DNA of 64,000 nt, taken from the NCBI GenBank assembly GCA_963827755.1, contig CAWHCQ010000011.1:1-64000 (forward strand), written 5' to 3'. The stretch is from an uncultured Gammaproteobacteria bacterium. Lineage in GTDB: Bacteria > Pseudomonadota > Gammaproteobacteria > UBA9214. Position numbers and translations under genes: made by a program. Shown here in pieces: positions 31,451 to 41,450 of this stretch. The first letter of the stretch is position 1. Each line of letters starts with the position of its first letter. A model generated the notes under the pieces. It made no database searches. It was not told where the DNA came from and saw nothing but the letters and a program-made list of their open reading frames with translations.

Positions 31451-31954
31451 TTAATGCTGCAGTGGTGCCGGTTTTTCTGTTTCTGCCTGGCTGTCGTGGT
31501 CAGGTACAGGTGGCGATTCACCCATCAACTGGTCAATATCCTTTCTTATGCTGGAGAGTTCTGCCAGGTCATCATAATCGAGGCCGGCTTCTGCTGATAT
31601 AACGCCGGCTGCATGCGCTGCATCAATCTTGCCGGTTTTACCCTGCTCGAGGTGATCCGCCCCGGTATCGACATTGCACAGGTGCTGGGCGCCCGAGGCA
31701 AGGTGTTCATAGACGGCACGATAGCGCTCTGTCATTTCCTGTACGAGACTGGATGTCTGCATGAAGTGCCGGGTGACCTGGTCACGGTAATCGGCGAAAC
31801 GTTCCTTCAGTTCATTCAGTTCCGAGCGTAACTGCCGGGTCTTGCCGTTGCGAGCGTATACAAGGTAGGCCGTAACACTGCCGAGTATCGTGCCGAGCAG
31901 AAAGCCGAGTATGCCGACCATCCACATGGTAGAAGTTTCCTCAAGCGTAATCAT
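31451..31954 (-). CDS. YhcB/ZapG (DUF1043) family membrane protein
   Basis: N-terminal TM, coiled coil, YRDQVTRHF.QTSSL...Y..VYEHLASGA..L. Confidence 0.8.
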   Translation of the reverse strand: MITLEETSTMWMVGILGFLLGTILGSVTAYLVYARNGKTRQLRSELNELKERFADYRDQVTRHFMQTSSLVQEMTERYRAVYEHLASGAQHLCNVDTGADHLEQGKTGKIDAAHAAGVISAEAGLDYDDLAELSSIRKDIDQLMGESPPVPDHDSQAETEKPAPLQH

Positions 31955-32095
31955 TTGTCAGCCCCTGCAACTGTGATAAAAACCGGTAGGTAATCCGGCC
32001 CTGCATTGTACTCGATTCTGTTGCCATGAATACATGCCTGATTGACAGGCATTTATGCCGGGACTTTGCCGGAATTATTTTTTAATAACAGTTAT

Positions 32096-32830
32096 CTATG
32101 TTGTCCCGGTCCAGGCACCGGCTGGCGGGCGAGGGCCGAAAATCGCACTGCCGACGCGTATCATGGTGGCACCCTCTGCAATCGCGTCCTCGAAATCACC
32201 ACTCATACCCATTGAATATTCGCTGAACAGCCCCGCACCGTAGCGCCTGGCACACTGCTGACCGAGTTCATACAGGGCGGAGAAATCCCTGCGACGTTGT
32301 GTTTTTGTTGCATCGCGCAGGCCGATCGTCATCAGTCCGCGTATTTCCAGGCCGTCGGGCCCGGCACTCAGTAAATCATCAATGAAGCGGAACAAACCGG
32401 CAGGCGGCAGGCCGGATTTATCGGGATCGCCGGCAATATTGACCTGCAGCAGCACCCGCAGTGAAGTCGCAGCCGTTTGAGCGGCATGCGAAAGTTTCTT
32501 TGCAAGTTTAAGGCTGTCCAGGGTGTGCAACCAGTCGAAATTTCGCGGAACATATTTTGCCTTGTTGCTTTGCAGGTGACCGATAAAGTGCCACTCGGTC
32601 GCGGGATCGTCAATCACCGCCTGTTTTGATTGTGCATCCTGTATGGTGTTCTCGCCAAAGCGGTGCTGACCGGCGAGTAGCGCCTGGCGGACATAATCCT
32701 CAGGCATGTATTTGGTGACGGCTATCAGCCGTATGTCGTCCGGATTTCTTCCCGACGCTGTCGCTGCCTGGCGCATGCGCTGCCTGATTGCGTCAAGGTT
32801 GGCACTGATATCGATTCGCGATGATTGCAT
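32096..32830 (-). CDS. yggS: PLP homeostasis protein (YggS/PLPBP)
   Basis: LIAVTK, FGEN, WHFIGHLQSNK, GLMTI, SMGMSGDF, RVGSAIFG. Confidence 0.95.
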   Translation of the reverse strand: MQSSRIDISANLDAIRQRMRQAATASGRNPDDIRLIAVTKYMPEDYVRQALLAGQHRFGENTIQDAQSKQAVIDDPATEWHFIGHLQSNKAKYVPRNFDWLHTLDSLKLAKKLSHAAQTAATSLRVLLQVNIAGDPDKSGLPPAGLFRFIDDLLSAGPDGLEIRGLMTIGLRDATKTQRRRDFSALYELGQQCARRYGAGLFSEYSMGMSGDFEDAIAEGATMIRVGSAIFGPRPPAGAWTGTT

Positions 32831-32856
32831 CTGCTCTAGCCGGAACCCGGCCCGGG

Positions 32857-33807
32857 TTATGCCTGTACTACATTCCTGGGTGTGCCGGCCATGAAGGCCT
32901 GGATGTTTCGCGCAATTTCATTGACCAGGTTCTGGCGTGCATTGATTCCCGCCCAGGCAATATGCGGGGTCACGATCAGGTTGGGTAATGACGGGTCAAG
33001 TAACGGATTACCGTTGACTGGCGGTTCCTCGCTGAGCACATCAATGCCTGCACCGGCAATGCGGCCGCTGCGCAGTGCCTCTGCCAGCGCCACTTCGTTG
33101 ATTATCCCGCCGCGCGCCGTATTTATGAGGATGGCATCCTCGCGCATCAGTGCCAGTTCCCGCCGATCAATCAGGTTACGGGTCGTCTCTGTCAGCGGGC
33201 AGTGCACGCTGACGATTGCGGCTTCAGCCAGCAGTCTTTCAAGCGGTACACGTCCCGGGTCAGGTGGCGTGCCGGGGCGTTGTGCGACGAGAATTTGCAT
33301 TCCGAATACTTTGGCCGTGGCCGCGACGGCCTTGCCAAGTTCGCCGTAGCCGATGATGCCCAGTGTTTGACCGCCCAGTTCACGTATCGGGTAATCGAGC
33401 AGGCAAAATTCGTCTGCGGCTTGCCATGCCCCATGATTGACTGCAATACGGTATTTCTCGAAGTTGCGTACCAGGTTGAGAATGAGTGTGAATACGTGTT
33501 CAACAACGGAGGCTGTTGCATAGGCGCGTATGTTGCAAACCGTTATATTCCTTTCGCGGGCGGTATCCAGGTCAATATTATTGGTACCCGTTGCCGCAAT
33601 ACACACCAGTTTCAGGCGTTCGGCTGCCAGCAGTGTGTCACGATCCAGGCGGATCTTGTTGGTGACGACAACATTCGCATTACGTATTGCCCGGCTGGCA
33701 TCGCCGGTTTTCCTCAGCAGTGACCAGCCGGGCAGGGTTGATTCAAGCAACTGGAGATCGAGGTCATTGCGGTCAACTGTTTCGAGATCGAGGAAAACCC
33801 CATGCAT
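32857..33807 (-). CDS. D-2-hydroxyacid (glycerate/hydroxypyruvate) dehydrogenase
   Basis: ATGTNNID, GIIGYGELG, HCPLT, INTARGG, DVLSEEP, TPHIAW. Confidence 0.92.
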   Translation of the reverse strand: MHGVFLDLETVDRNDLDLQLLESTLPGWSLLRKTGDASRAIRNANVVVTNKIRLDRDTLLAAERLKLVCIAATGTNNIDLDTARERNITVCNIRAYATASVVEHVFTLILNLVRNFEKYRIAVNHGAWQAADEFCLLDYPIRELGGQTLGIIGYGELGKAVAATAKVFGMQILVAQRPGTPPDPGRVPLERLLAEAAIVSVHCPLTETTRNLIDRRELALMREDAILINTARGGIINEVALAEALRSGRIAGAGIDVLSEEPPVNGNPLLDPSLPNLIVTPHIAWAGINARQNLVNEIARNIQAFMAGTPRNVVQA

Positions 33808-33828
33808 GATATCGAGCTTCGTTCTGTA

Positions 33829-34398
33829 TTAATTACCAAGCATGCCGTTTCGCAGTGACTTTGTAACCGGTTTATCTCCAAGCCATATGGACAGGATCGC
33901 GCGAAAGAAGTCATTGCCTTCTACCGTGCCGCGCCATTCGCCGTTTATTCTTACCTGGGTGCCACTGTCAGGCAGATAGTCAATACGAATAACATCACCT
34001 TTACGCACCGTCCGAAACAGTTTATTGAATATTACCAGTCTTGGTTCAAGGGCCTGCATCGTTGCAGGCGGGGTATTCTTTTCAAGGCCCTCGGTCCAGC
34101 CGGAAGTAATCTTGTCCTTGCTGACCTCGCTATGCAGAAAATGCATCAGGATACTGACGGCGCCTGTGTCATTCAGGATGGTCTTTGCCGCGGATTGCCT
34201 TGACTCCAGGTAGAGCGCGCCTATGTAGATATCCATGAAAAACTTTTCCCTGATGCCGGCACCGTTCAGTACCAGGGTGGGCCCGCTATTCGGCAGTGAC
34301 AGCGTGTCCGGGATGTTGACTCCTTCAATTTCCACGGCAATGGCAGTGAAGCCGGTCAGGCCCAGACAAAGCAGCAGGATAATGGATTTTATATTCAT
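33829..34398 (-). CDS. Chalcone-isomerase-like (fatty-acid-binding) periplasmic protein
   Basis: Signal peptide; LVLNGAGIREKFFMDIYIGALYL; F.RAILSIWLG.KP. Confidence 0.88.
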   Translation of the reverse strand: MNIKSIILLLCLGLTGFTAIAVEIEGVNIPDTLSLPNSGPTLVLNGAGIREKFFMDIYIGALYLESRQSAAKTILNDTGAVSILMHFLHSEVSKDKITSGWTEGLEKNTPPATMQALEPRLVIFNKLFRTVRKGDVIRIDYLPDSGTQVRINGEWRGTVEGNDFFRAILSIWLGDKPVTKSLRNGMLGN

Positions 34399-34423
34399 GA
34401 TGTTTCCCTGGTTTGTGCCTGTG

Positions 34424-34972
34424 TTATCCCTGCCTGGCAGGGTGGCGGTGAATGTTTTCTACATGGATCGGGAAATGGCCCGATTTCAGGTCCGTGAAAT
34501 AGTGCTCGAGTGTTAATCTCACCACGGGGAAAGCGAGTTCGTCCCAGAGAATCTGATGCTCCTCGAATAAATCGACATCGATACTTTCCGGGCCAGGCCG
34601 GTACTCCCCGCTACTCATGTCTGCGCGGAACATCATGTAGACCTGGTTGATGTGCGGGATACTGAAGACGCCGTAGAGTTTCATATTCTCAACCGTTGCG
34701 CAGGCCTCTTCCATGGTTTCACGGGCTGCAGCAGTTTCCGTTGACTCGCCATTTTCCATGAAGCCCGCGGGCAGGGTCCATAATCCATGACGGGGCTCGA
34801 TTGCACGCCGGCAAAGTAACAGCCGGTCATTCCAGACCGGGATGCAGCCGGCGACGATCTTCGGGTTCTGGTAATGTACGGTCTCGCAGGCTGCACACAC
34901 GTGACGGGGACGGTCGTCACCTTCCGGAATCAGTTCTGTCACCCGCGCTCCGCAGTTGCTGCAAAATTTCAT
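34424..34972 (-). CDS. NUDIX hydrolase with N-terminal Zn-ribbon
   Basis: MKFCSNCG...C..C...HYQNP; WTLPAGFME.GE.....A.RETMEEA. Confidence 0.92.
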   Translation of the reverse strand: MKFCSNCGARVTELIPEGDDRPRHVCAACETVHYQNPKIVAGCIPVWNDRLLLCRRAIEPRHGLWTLPAGFMENGESTETAAARETMEEACATVENMKLYGVFSIPHINQVYMMFRADMSSGEYRPGPESIDVDLFEEHQILWDELAFPVVRLTLEHYFTDLKSGHFPIHVENIHRHPARQG

Positions 34973-35077
34973 CTGATAGTCGGCCTGGATTCTTCGACAT
35001 GTGTTGCAATATGCAAACAATAGCATATTAAACGTACCTGCTCCTGCAGATCTTTCCCCGCTGAATTTAATGTTTCG

Positions 35078-35608
35078 TCACCGGTTTTTTGTGTTGATAT
35101 ACCGGTCTGCCAGCATCAGTCCCAGCATGGTTTTTGCGTCGTTGATCGTGCCGTTACAGACCTGCTCGAGCGCCTTGCTGAACGGCATCCAGTGGATCTC
35201 GATGAGTTCGTCCGGCTGCTGTTGCGTGCCGGTTACAGCCAGTTTCCGGGCCAGAAACAGGTCGATTGTCTCGTCGCAGAAACCGGGCGTGACCAGTATC
35301 CTCCCCAGTTCTGTCCAGCTGCCGGCATGGAGTCCGGCTTCCTCGGCAAGTTCACGTAATGCCGAGTCAGCCGGCGTTTCTTCCGCTTCCAGCTTGCCGG
35401 CAGGTAATTCCCATAACCAGCCACCGGCGGCGTGCCGGTATTGACGCAGCATGCATACGCGGTCGTTTTCGTCCAGGGCGACGACTGCCGCGCCACCCGG
35501 GTGACGCACTACCTCCAGCTCCACTGCCACACCATTCGGCAAGGTGAGTGATTCTATTCCGAGCGTTATAACCCGGCCCTCGTAAATCAATCGGGTACTG
35601 TGGGACAA
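35078..35608 (-). CDS. NUDIX hydrolase (ADP-ribose pyrophosphatase-like)
   Basis: EVVRHPGG, RQYRH, ELPAGKLE...ALRELAEEAG, PGFCDE, DAKT. Confidence 0.9.
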   Translation of the reverse strand: MSHSTRLIYEGRVITLGIESLTLPNGVAVELEVVRHPGGAAVVALDENDRVCMLRQYRHAAGGWLWELPAGKLEAEETPADSALRELAEEAGLHAGSWTELGRILVTPGFCDETIDLFLARKLAVTGTQQQPDELIEIHWMPFSKALEQVCNGTINDAKTMLGLMLADRYINTKNR

Positions 35609-35713
35609 TGGTCTACTCCTGAGTCTGGTCTGTATTCAGCCAAGTTTCAGTCATACAGCGGACACATGCAATATGCTGCCCTGTTAATTGCAACAGCAAG
35701 CGGACAATCAGCA

Positions 35714-36145
35714 ATGAAGCCATTATATGAACGCCGGCCCCTGTGTTTCTCGTGCAGTGCATGCGGTGACTGCTGTGTCACCGGAAATGATTACTACGTT
35801 TACCTGAATGGCAGGGAAGCCGAAAGAATACGCAAGTACCTGAAGTTGTCCAGCGGCTGGTTCAGGCGCCGCTACCTTGAGCAGCTCGATAATGGCGACC
35901 TGGTGGCCGCTTCCGAAGCCGATGGCCGGTGTGTATTTCTCGACGCAAACAGACAGTGCACGGTGTATTCCGTACGACCCCTGCAGTGCCGGACTTACCC
36001 TTTCTGGCCGGAGTTGACGGGCAACTCAAAGGCCTGGCAAAACGAGACGCAGCGCTGTGAGGGTATTAATCGTGGCAAGGCGGTGCCGGTAGAAAGGATA
36101 CGCAGGGCGGTCAATGCCTGTATTGCCCGGGAAGACCTTGATTAG
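35714..36145 (+). CDS. YkgJ-family cysteine-cluster protein
   Basis: FSCSACGDCC...CVFLD...CTVY..RP.QCRTYPFW...CEGI. Confidence 0.9.
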   Translation: MKPLYERRPLCFSCSACGDCCVTGNDYYVYLNGREAERIRKYLKLSSGWFRRRYLEQLDNGDLVAASEADGRCVFLDANRQCTVYSVRPLQCRTYPFWPELTGNSKAWQNETQRCEGINRGKAVPVERIRRAVNACIAREDLD

Positions 36146-36978
36146 AGATGGCCGGGTTCAAACACGCAGAACATCTGTCCGGCCCCTGGAGGGCTGTGCG
36201 GGTCATGAAACAACTGCACCAGTTGCATGCCGCGGACAGGATCAAGCAATGGGCCGCGTGTCAGTGTGTCATAGGAATCTCCACCCAGTAACTGCTGTGC
36301 AATTGTCAGGTAGAGGCGATCTATTGCGCCGGTGACAAGCAAGGTGTGAAATACTGCAGGACCCGAGATGGAATAGATGCTTTGGTATTTCTCTTCTGCC
36401 AGCGCAGAGACCATCGCTCTGCCATCTACCTGTTTGCCGGGACCTGCACAGATAACCTCGATGTTGTTGTCCCTGAATGCGGCAATTCGCTGCTGGTCGG
36501 CCAGTTCGCCCGTGAAGATTATCAGCCTGCGATGGCTGTAAGGTTCCAGAGCCTCCAGCGGTATATCCAGGCTGCCACTGAGGATGGCAATGTCCGGTTG
36601 CGGCGCCAGTCCCCGCTCAATACGCCAGTCGCGAATGTCTGCATATTCGGCTTCATTACTTACAGGCAAGCGGTCCTGTGCCTCACCTGCAACTGTTTGT
36701 CTGAAATATCGTCCACTGGTGACCAGCAGGTCGGCCTGCCCGGCAAGTTCCTGGTAGAGGCGCCAGTCACGCGGGTTGGTAGTTGCGCCCGGTACGATAT
36801 GGGTGCTGCGGCCGGCGGCGGCAATGGCAATACGTCCATCAAGAGTAGTGATGAAATTGCTGAAGATAAAAGGTCGGCCGGGACCCCCCCTGGTATGCAA
36901 GCAGTGATCCAGGTAAAGGCCTTCCAGTGGCTGTTCATTGCGAGGATCCGGGTAGAGCCGGGTGACGGGTGCCTGCAT
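36142..36978 (-). CDS. RibD C-terminal-like (DHFR-fold) reductase
   Basis: NFITTLDGRIA, DWRLYQEL..QAD, IDRLYLT. Confidence 0.8.
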   Translation of the reverse strand: MQAPVTRLYPDPRNEQPLEGLYLDHCLHTRGGPGRPFIFSNFITTLDGRIAIAAAGRSTHIVPGATTNPRDWRLYQELAGQADLLVTSGRYFRQTVAGEAQDRLPVSNEAEYADIRDWRIERGLAPQPDIAILSGSLDIPLEALEPYSHRRLIIFTGELADQQRIAAFRDNNIEVICAGPGKQVDGRAMVSALAEEKYQSIYSISGPAVFHTLLVTGAIDRLYLTIAQQLLGGDSYDTLTRGPLLDPVRGMQLVQLFHDPHSPPGAGQMFCVFEPGHL

Positions 36979-37142
36979 GTCTTTATCTCTCCGGCTTCAG
37001 GTTATTGGCAAGTTGAGCGCACCGGCACCGTTGCTGCCGCTATGTGAAAAGTTTACAAAAATATTTATATACAGGAATTATACTCGTTGCCAGGTATTTC
37101 AGGTCTGGACCGGGTAATAGCCAAAACGGAAATGAAAGTGTA

Positions 37143-39584
37143 ATGAACAATATCACTGAAAAAAAGATACCAGGTGAGATTCCTGAATATGGCCCGGATG
37201 AGCGTATTCTGGAGCTTGTTGAATGTGCCCTGTCACTGGGCGAACAGCTTTGTTTTGTACGCTGGGACAGCCATGTCTATGATAGTATGATAACGTGTGT
37301 GGACAATCTGGATAAGGCCACCGTAGCCCGGCATGGCTCACAGATCAGGCAGCAGATCCGGAATATCAGGTCGTTATTGTCCGGGTTGGCTTCGAGTATC
37401 GAGACCAGGGACTATAGTCATTTCAGCGCATTAACAGAAAGTCTGCAGGATATAAGGGCCTTGATCGCTGACCTGGAGGAGCCAGATAATGACGCACCGG
37501 CAAGCCGGGGGAGTGCTGAATTGATGCCGAAGAGTAAGCAGGTCATTGCCTTGTTGGGTGAGGAACTGGCGCTTGATGAATATATGCGCTGGCTGCTGCG
37601 TGCGGGACATGAGGTTGTCCATACCCGGATGCCGGAAGACCTCCCTGGCATGTTTGACAAGCATGAGCCGATTGCGCTGGTCGTTGACCTTGCATCTTTT
37701 GAAGATCAGTCCCGAGTGTTCGATTTTATTGCACCCCTGATGAAGGATTCTGTCTCCGTCAACAGGCTTGTTTTTCTTTCCAGGCGTGCAGACCAGGAAA
37801 TCAGGATGCGAGCGATCCAGGCGGGCAGTGATGCCTTTCTGACGAAACCGATTACCTCGCAACTGCTGATACAGCATATCGAGCTTGCGATGCTTGCCCG
37901 TCGCCATGACTATACCGTCATGCTGATCGGCGACAGCGACAGTCTGACCTCGAGGGTTGCACCCCGCCTGGAAAAGGCCGGTATCACAGTCAAGTGCCTG
38001 AGTAATGAGTCACATGCATTACTGTCGGTCATCAATTTTTCGCCTGATTTACTGGTTATCGAGCAGTCACTATCCGGTTGCCGTGGTGACGAGCTCGGCC
38101 GTGTCATTCACCAGCTTGCCGATTATGAAGATCTGCCGGTGATTTACAGCGGCGCTCGTAAGAAGGTAAAGGATTACAGGCCCGATTATCCTTCTGAATG
38201 GGTAGCCCCCGATTTTCTCGGTGAAGATGCCTTTATCCTGATGATAGACCGCCTGGTCAGCGCGTCGAGACTCCGGATGCATCGTCTCAGGCAGTTACAG
38301 ACCAGTGATCCTGTTACAGGTCTGTTGAACCGACAGGGTTTTTTCCAGCTGATCGAGCGCGGTCTTTCAGAGGATGGCTACACTGCAATTGTAGTTGTTG
38401 AATTTGAAAATCTGCAGCAACGCTACCCGCAATTGTCGCCGCAACAGGTAAACAGGTTTCTGGCGATGATTTCCAGGCACCTGGAAAGACTTGTATTGAC
38501 GCCAACCCGATCAGCGCATATCAGTGACTATACCTTCGCCAGTCTGATTTCCGGAAAAACACCGGATGAGGCCAGGAAACTGGGTTTGTTTCTGAGCCAT
38601 TCCCTGTCTTCACATATTTTTGACATTGAACAACACTCCTTGATGGTTGTATGCAGTGTCGGCATTGCAATTGCCAAAGGAATGCAAGATGAGGGAATGT
38701 CGTTGTTTACACTTGCCACGCATGCCTGCGCCGAGGCCCGGCTTGCCGGTAGTAACCGTGTCAGTGTGCGCTCGATGGACATGGCGCTTGCCACGAGGGC
38801 TGTCAGAACAGACAAGGAAATGCTGGAACTGCTGCAGGACGCGATAAGTTCCGACAGGTTCAGGCTGGTATATCAGCCTATTGCCTCCCTGCGAGGAAGT
38901 GCTGCCGAGAAATACGAAGTTCTGCTGCGGCTGGATTCCGGCAAGGGCGGGGTTATACCGCCGGGGCATTTCATTCCTTTGGCAGAAGACAACGGATTAA
39001 TGGAGTCCATTGATCGCTGGGTTGTAGGACATGCGATACAGGTCTTGCAGAAACACGGACATAACAGTCATTTTTTTGTGAAGGTTTCCTCCGGCACGCT
39101 GCGTGATCCCGGGTTTCCGCCGTTTCTGAAAGATTGTCTCACCAGGTTTGGCGCTGCCGGTGAAAGACTGGTGTTTGAAATCAGTGCAGCAAGCCTCGGT
39201 GAAGGTATCCGTCACGCAGCCGATTTTGCATTGCAAGTCGGTATGCTGGGCTGTGGCGTTCTGATTGAGCATGGCAATATCAGGCAGGACATTGCCCCGG
39301 TGCTCGGGCATATCAAGGCGAGCTATGTCAAACTGGGTGTCGATGTAATGAAGGATATAGATGATGATTTCCATGCACAGGACCTTCTGAAAAATATTAT
39401 TGACCATGCAGAACAAAAAGGTGCCATGACTATAGCCGGGTTTGTTGAGAATGCTGCCTGTCTGCAGTTATTGTGGCAATGCGGCGTGCACTATATTCAG
39501 GGTAATTTTCTGCAGAAGCCGGACACCTCACTGGATTTCGAGTTCGGTGTTGAGGGGACTGTGCAGGAGAATTTTCCGGCATAA
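37143..39584 (+). CDS. Multi-domain REC-REC-GGDEF(degenerate)-EAL(degenerate) protein, FimX-like
   Basis: REC-like GSDAFLTKP; DPVTGLLNR; GGDEF replaced by HISDYTF; YQPI...YEVLLRL; DDFG replaced by EHGN; YIQG. Confidence 0.82.
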   Translation: MNNITEKKIPGEIPEYGPDERILELVECALSLGEQLCFVRWDSHVYDSMITCVDNLDKATVARHGSQIRQQIRNIRSLLSGLASSIETRDYSHFSALTESLQDIRALIADLEEPDNDAPASRGSAELMPKSKQVIALLGEELALDEYMRWLLRAGHEVVHTRMPEDLPGMFDKHEPIALVVDLASFEDQSRVFDFIAPLMKDSVSVNRLVFLSRRADQEIRMRAIQAGSDAFLTKPITSQLLIQHIELAMLARRHDYTVMLIGDSDSLTSRVAPRLEKAGITVKCLSNESHALLSVINFSPDLLVIEQSLSGCRGDELGRVIHQLADYEDLPVIYSGARKKVKDYRPDYPSEWVAPDFLGEDAFILMIDRLVSASRLRMHRLRQLQTSDPVTGLLNRQGFFQLIERGLSEDGYTAIVVVEFENLQQRYPQLSPQQVNRFLAMISRHLERLVLTPTRSAHISDYTFASLISGKTPDEARKLGLFLSHSLSSHIFDIEQHSLMVVCSVGIAIAKGMQDEGMSLFTLATHACAEARLAGSNRVSVRSMDMALATRAVRTDKEMLELLQDAISSDRFRLVYQPIASLRGSAAEKYEVLLRLDSGKGGVIPPGHFIPLAEDNGLMESIDRWVVGHAIQVLQKHGHNSHFFVKVSSGTLRDPGFPPFLKDCLTRFGAAGERLVFEISAASLGEGIRHAADFALQVGMLGCGVLIEHGNIRQDIAPVLGHIKASYVKLGVDVMKDIDDDFHAQDLLKNIIDHAEQKGAMTIAGFVENAACLQLLWQCGVHYIQGNFLQKPDTSLDFEFGVEGTVQENFPA

Positions 39585-39611
39585 AAAAGGGGCCAACCGG
39601 CCCCTTTCTTT
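39583..39611. terminator. Bidirectional rho-independent terminator
   Basis: aaaaaaggggcc-aacc-ggcccctttcttt between convergent genes. Confidence 0.75.
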
Positions 39612-39628
39612 ATTGCTGAAAGGAATTA

Positions 39629-40030
39629 TCAGGCTTCTGCGGCCCTGTCCAGTCCCGTCTTGCCTTGATAGTCTTCAATTGCTGCCTTGATAGCATCTTC
39701 AGCAAGCACCGAGCAGTGTATCTTTACCGGTGGCAGCGCCAGTTCTTCCGCAATATCTGTATTCCTGATCTTGCGAGCTTCATCCAGTGATTTCCCCTTG
39801 ACCCACTCGGTCAGCAAGGAACTCGAAGCGATTGCGGAACCGCAACCGTAGGTTTTGAATCTGGCATCCTCGATTACGCCATTATCGCCGACCTTGATTT
39901 GCAGCCTCATGACATCGCCACAGGCGGGTGCACCAACCATACCGGTGCCGACGTGCTTGTCATCCTTGCTGAAAGAACCGACATTGCGAGGATTCTCGTA
40001 ATGGTCGAGTACTTTTTCACTATAAGCCAT
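39629..40030 (-). CDS. iscU: Fe-S cluster scaffold IscU
   Basis: MAYSEKVLDHYENPRNVG, GAPACGDVM, KTYGCGSAIASSS, LPPVKIHCSVLAEDAI. Confidence 0.97.
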   Translation of the reverse strand: MAYSEKVLDHYENPRNVGSFSKDDKHVGTGMVGAPACGDVMRLQIKVGDNGVIEDARFKTYGCGSAIASSSLLTEWVKGKSLDEARKIRNTDIAEELALPPVKIHCSVLAEDAIKAAIEDYQGKTGLDRAAEA

Positions 40031-40070
40031 TTTGCATTCTCCGATTTAGACAGCTATACCAAAAACTGGA

Positions 40071-40514
40071 TCAGGCAGCAGTTTTCCTGAAGCCGGAACC
40101 GAACAGCGTCGTGCCGGACTCATCTGAAGCTGACGATACCGCTTCTTCCAGCGTGATACTGTTCAGGTAGTCGTAAATTCTGTTACTCAGATTCAGCCAC
40201 ATTCGCACACCGCCGGTTACTTCAGACTGTGCATGGGGCATTTCTTCGTGACGACTGACGTCGTCGACGGTTGCCAGGATGCTGGCGATTGTGATCTCGT
40301 TTGCAGGACGGGCAAGGCAATAACCGCCGCCTGGTCCACGCATGCCTGTGACAATGCCATGCTGACGCAGTCGCGCAAACAGCTGCTCGAGGTAAGAGAT
40401 CGAGATAGACTGCTGTGCAGAAATGTCAGCCAGCGTCACGGGCCCGTTCTTGTGCTGCAAGGCCAGTTCCATCATCGCTGTAACGGCGTGGCGGCCCTTG
40501 GTAGATAATTTCAT
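40071..40514 (-). CDS. Rrf2-family regulator, IscR-like, lacking the Fe-S ligand cysteines
   Basis: MKLSTKGRHAVTAM...ISISYLEQLFARLR..G.V...RGPGGGY matches IscR. The Cys-rich loop is replaced by DVSRHEEMPHAQSEVTGGVRMW. Confidence 0.88.
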   Translation of the reverse strand: MKLSTKGRHAVTAMMELALQHKNGPVTLADISAQQSISISYLEQLFARLRQHGIVTGMRGPGGGYCLARPANEITIASILATVDDVSRHEEMPHAQSEVTGGVRMWLNLSNRIYDYLNSITLEEAVSSASDESGTTLFGSGFRKTAA

Positions 40515-40644
40515 GGTCAACCTCACGGTGAATACGGTACTGCATTGGGTTTGCCCGGTTATCCTGATCCGTATCCAGTAATCCAGGAACCCGGCGCCGG
40601 GAATAAACACTGATTCCCGCTGACTTCATGCCACCATAATAGTA

Positions 40645-40669
40645 ATTGTTGAGTGTTTTAGTCAAGTAT
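40645..40669 (-). promoter_or_regulatory. IscR type-1-like binding site
   Basis: Minus-strand ATACTTGACTAAAACACTCAACAAT matches the E. coli type-1 consensus ATASYYGACTRWWWYAGTCRRSTAT (recalled from memory) at 23/25 positions, ~130 bp upstream of the iscR-like ATG. Confidence 0.75.
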
Positions 40670-40997
40670 TATACTAGCCATCTGTAGCTGGAAAAGTCGT
40701 ATTAGTGCATATAAAACAGCAAGATAAATTCACTCTATCCTTATGGGGATATGCCACGAGGGCGGGAATGCCATTGCGTGCAGGGGGTGCTGGCGAGCCC
40801 CTGCCCGGCGGCATCTGCTATTCGGCCAGCGTATCGAAAATACAGAGAAATTACATCTGCTTGACGGTCAATCTGCATAAATGCAGAGCGACAGCGGGTG
40901 CACCTTTGCTACAATGGCCCTGCAGATAACCGCGCTGGCCGGGATTTTCTGCAGGCCAGCGGTAAATCCAATAAAATCAACAAGGCAGGAGCAGGAT

Positions 40998-41450
40998 ATG
41001 GGATCAGAATATCAGGGTGTCGATCGTCGCGGTGACTCACATGAAAGACTCGATGCCCTTGTTTCCTCGCGCACAGCAACGCTGGCATTACTCGCAGAGC
41101 TGGCAACAAGGCAGCCGTTTAATCCCGATCCTTCCATGGAAAAAGCCTTGCGCCGGTTTTGCGAGGCATTGATTGACTATACCGCGAGCGCCCACTTCCA
41201 GCTCTATCGTTACCTCGCGGACAAGCGGGAACGTCGTCATAAAGTGCTTTCCCTTGCCGACAAGCTGTATCCGACCATTGTGGAAACCACTGATGTGATT
41301 CTGCGTTTCAATGATAAATACGAAGCGATGTCACTGGATAACAGTGTGGAATTCCTTGCGGTCGACCTTTCCAACCTGGGTGAATGCCTGGCTGACCGCC
41401 TGCAATGTGAAGACGAGGTCATCGAGGCGATGCGCGGAAGGGCTGGCTGA
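40998..41450 (+). CDS. rsd: Rsd/AlgQ regulator of sigma70
   Basis: L..FCEALIDYTASAHF.LY, FNDKY, DLS.LGE.LA.R...ED. Confidence 0.85.
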   Translation: MGSEYQGVDRRGDSHERLDALVSSRTATLALLAELATRQPFNPDPSMEKALRRFCEALIDYTASAHFQLYRYLADKRERRHKVLSLADKLYPTIVETTDVILRFNDKYEAMSLDNSVEFLAVDLSNLGECLADRLQCEDEVIEAMRGRAG

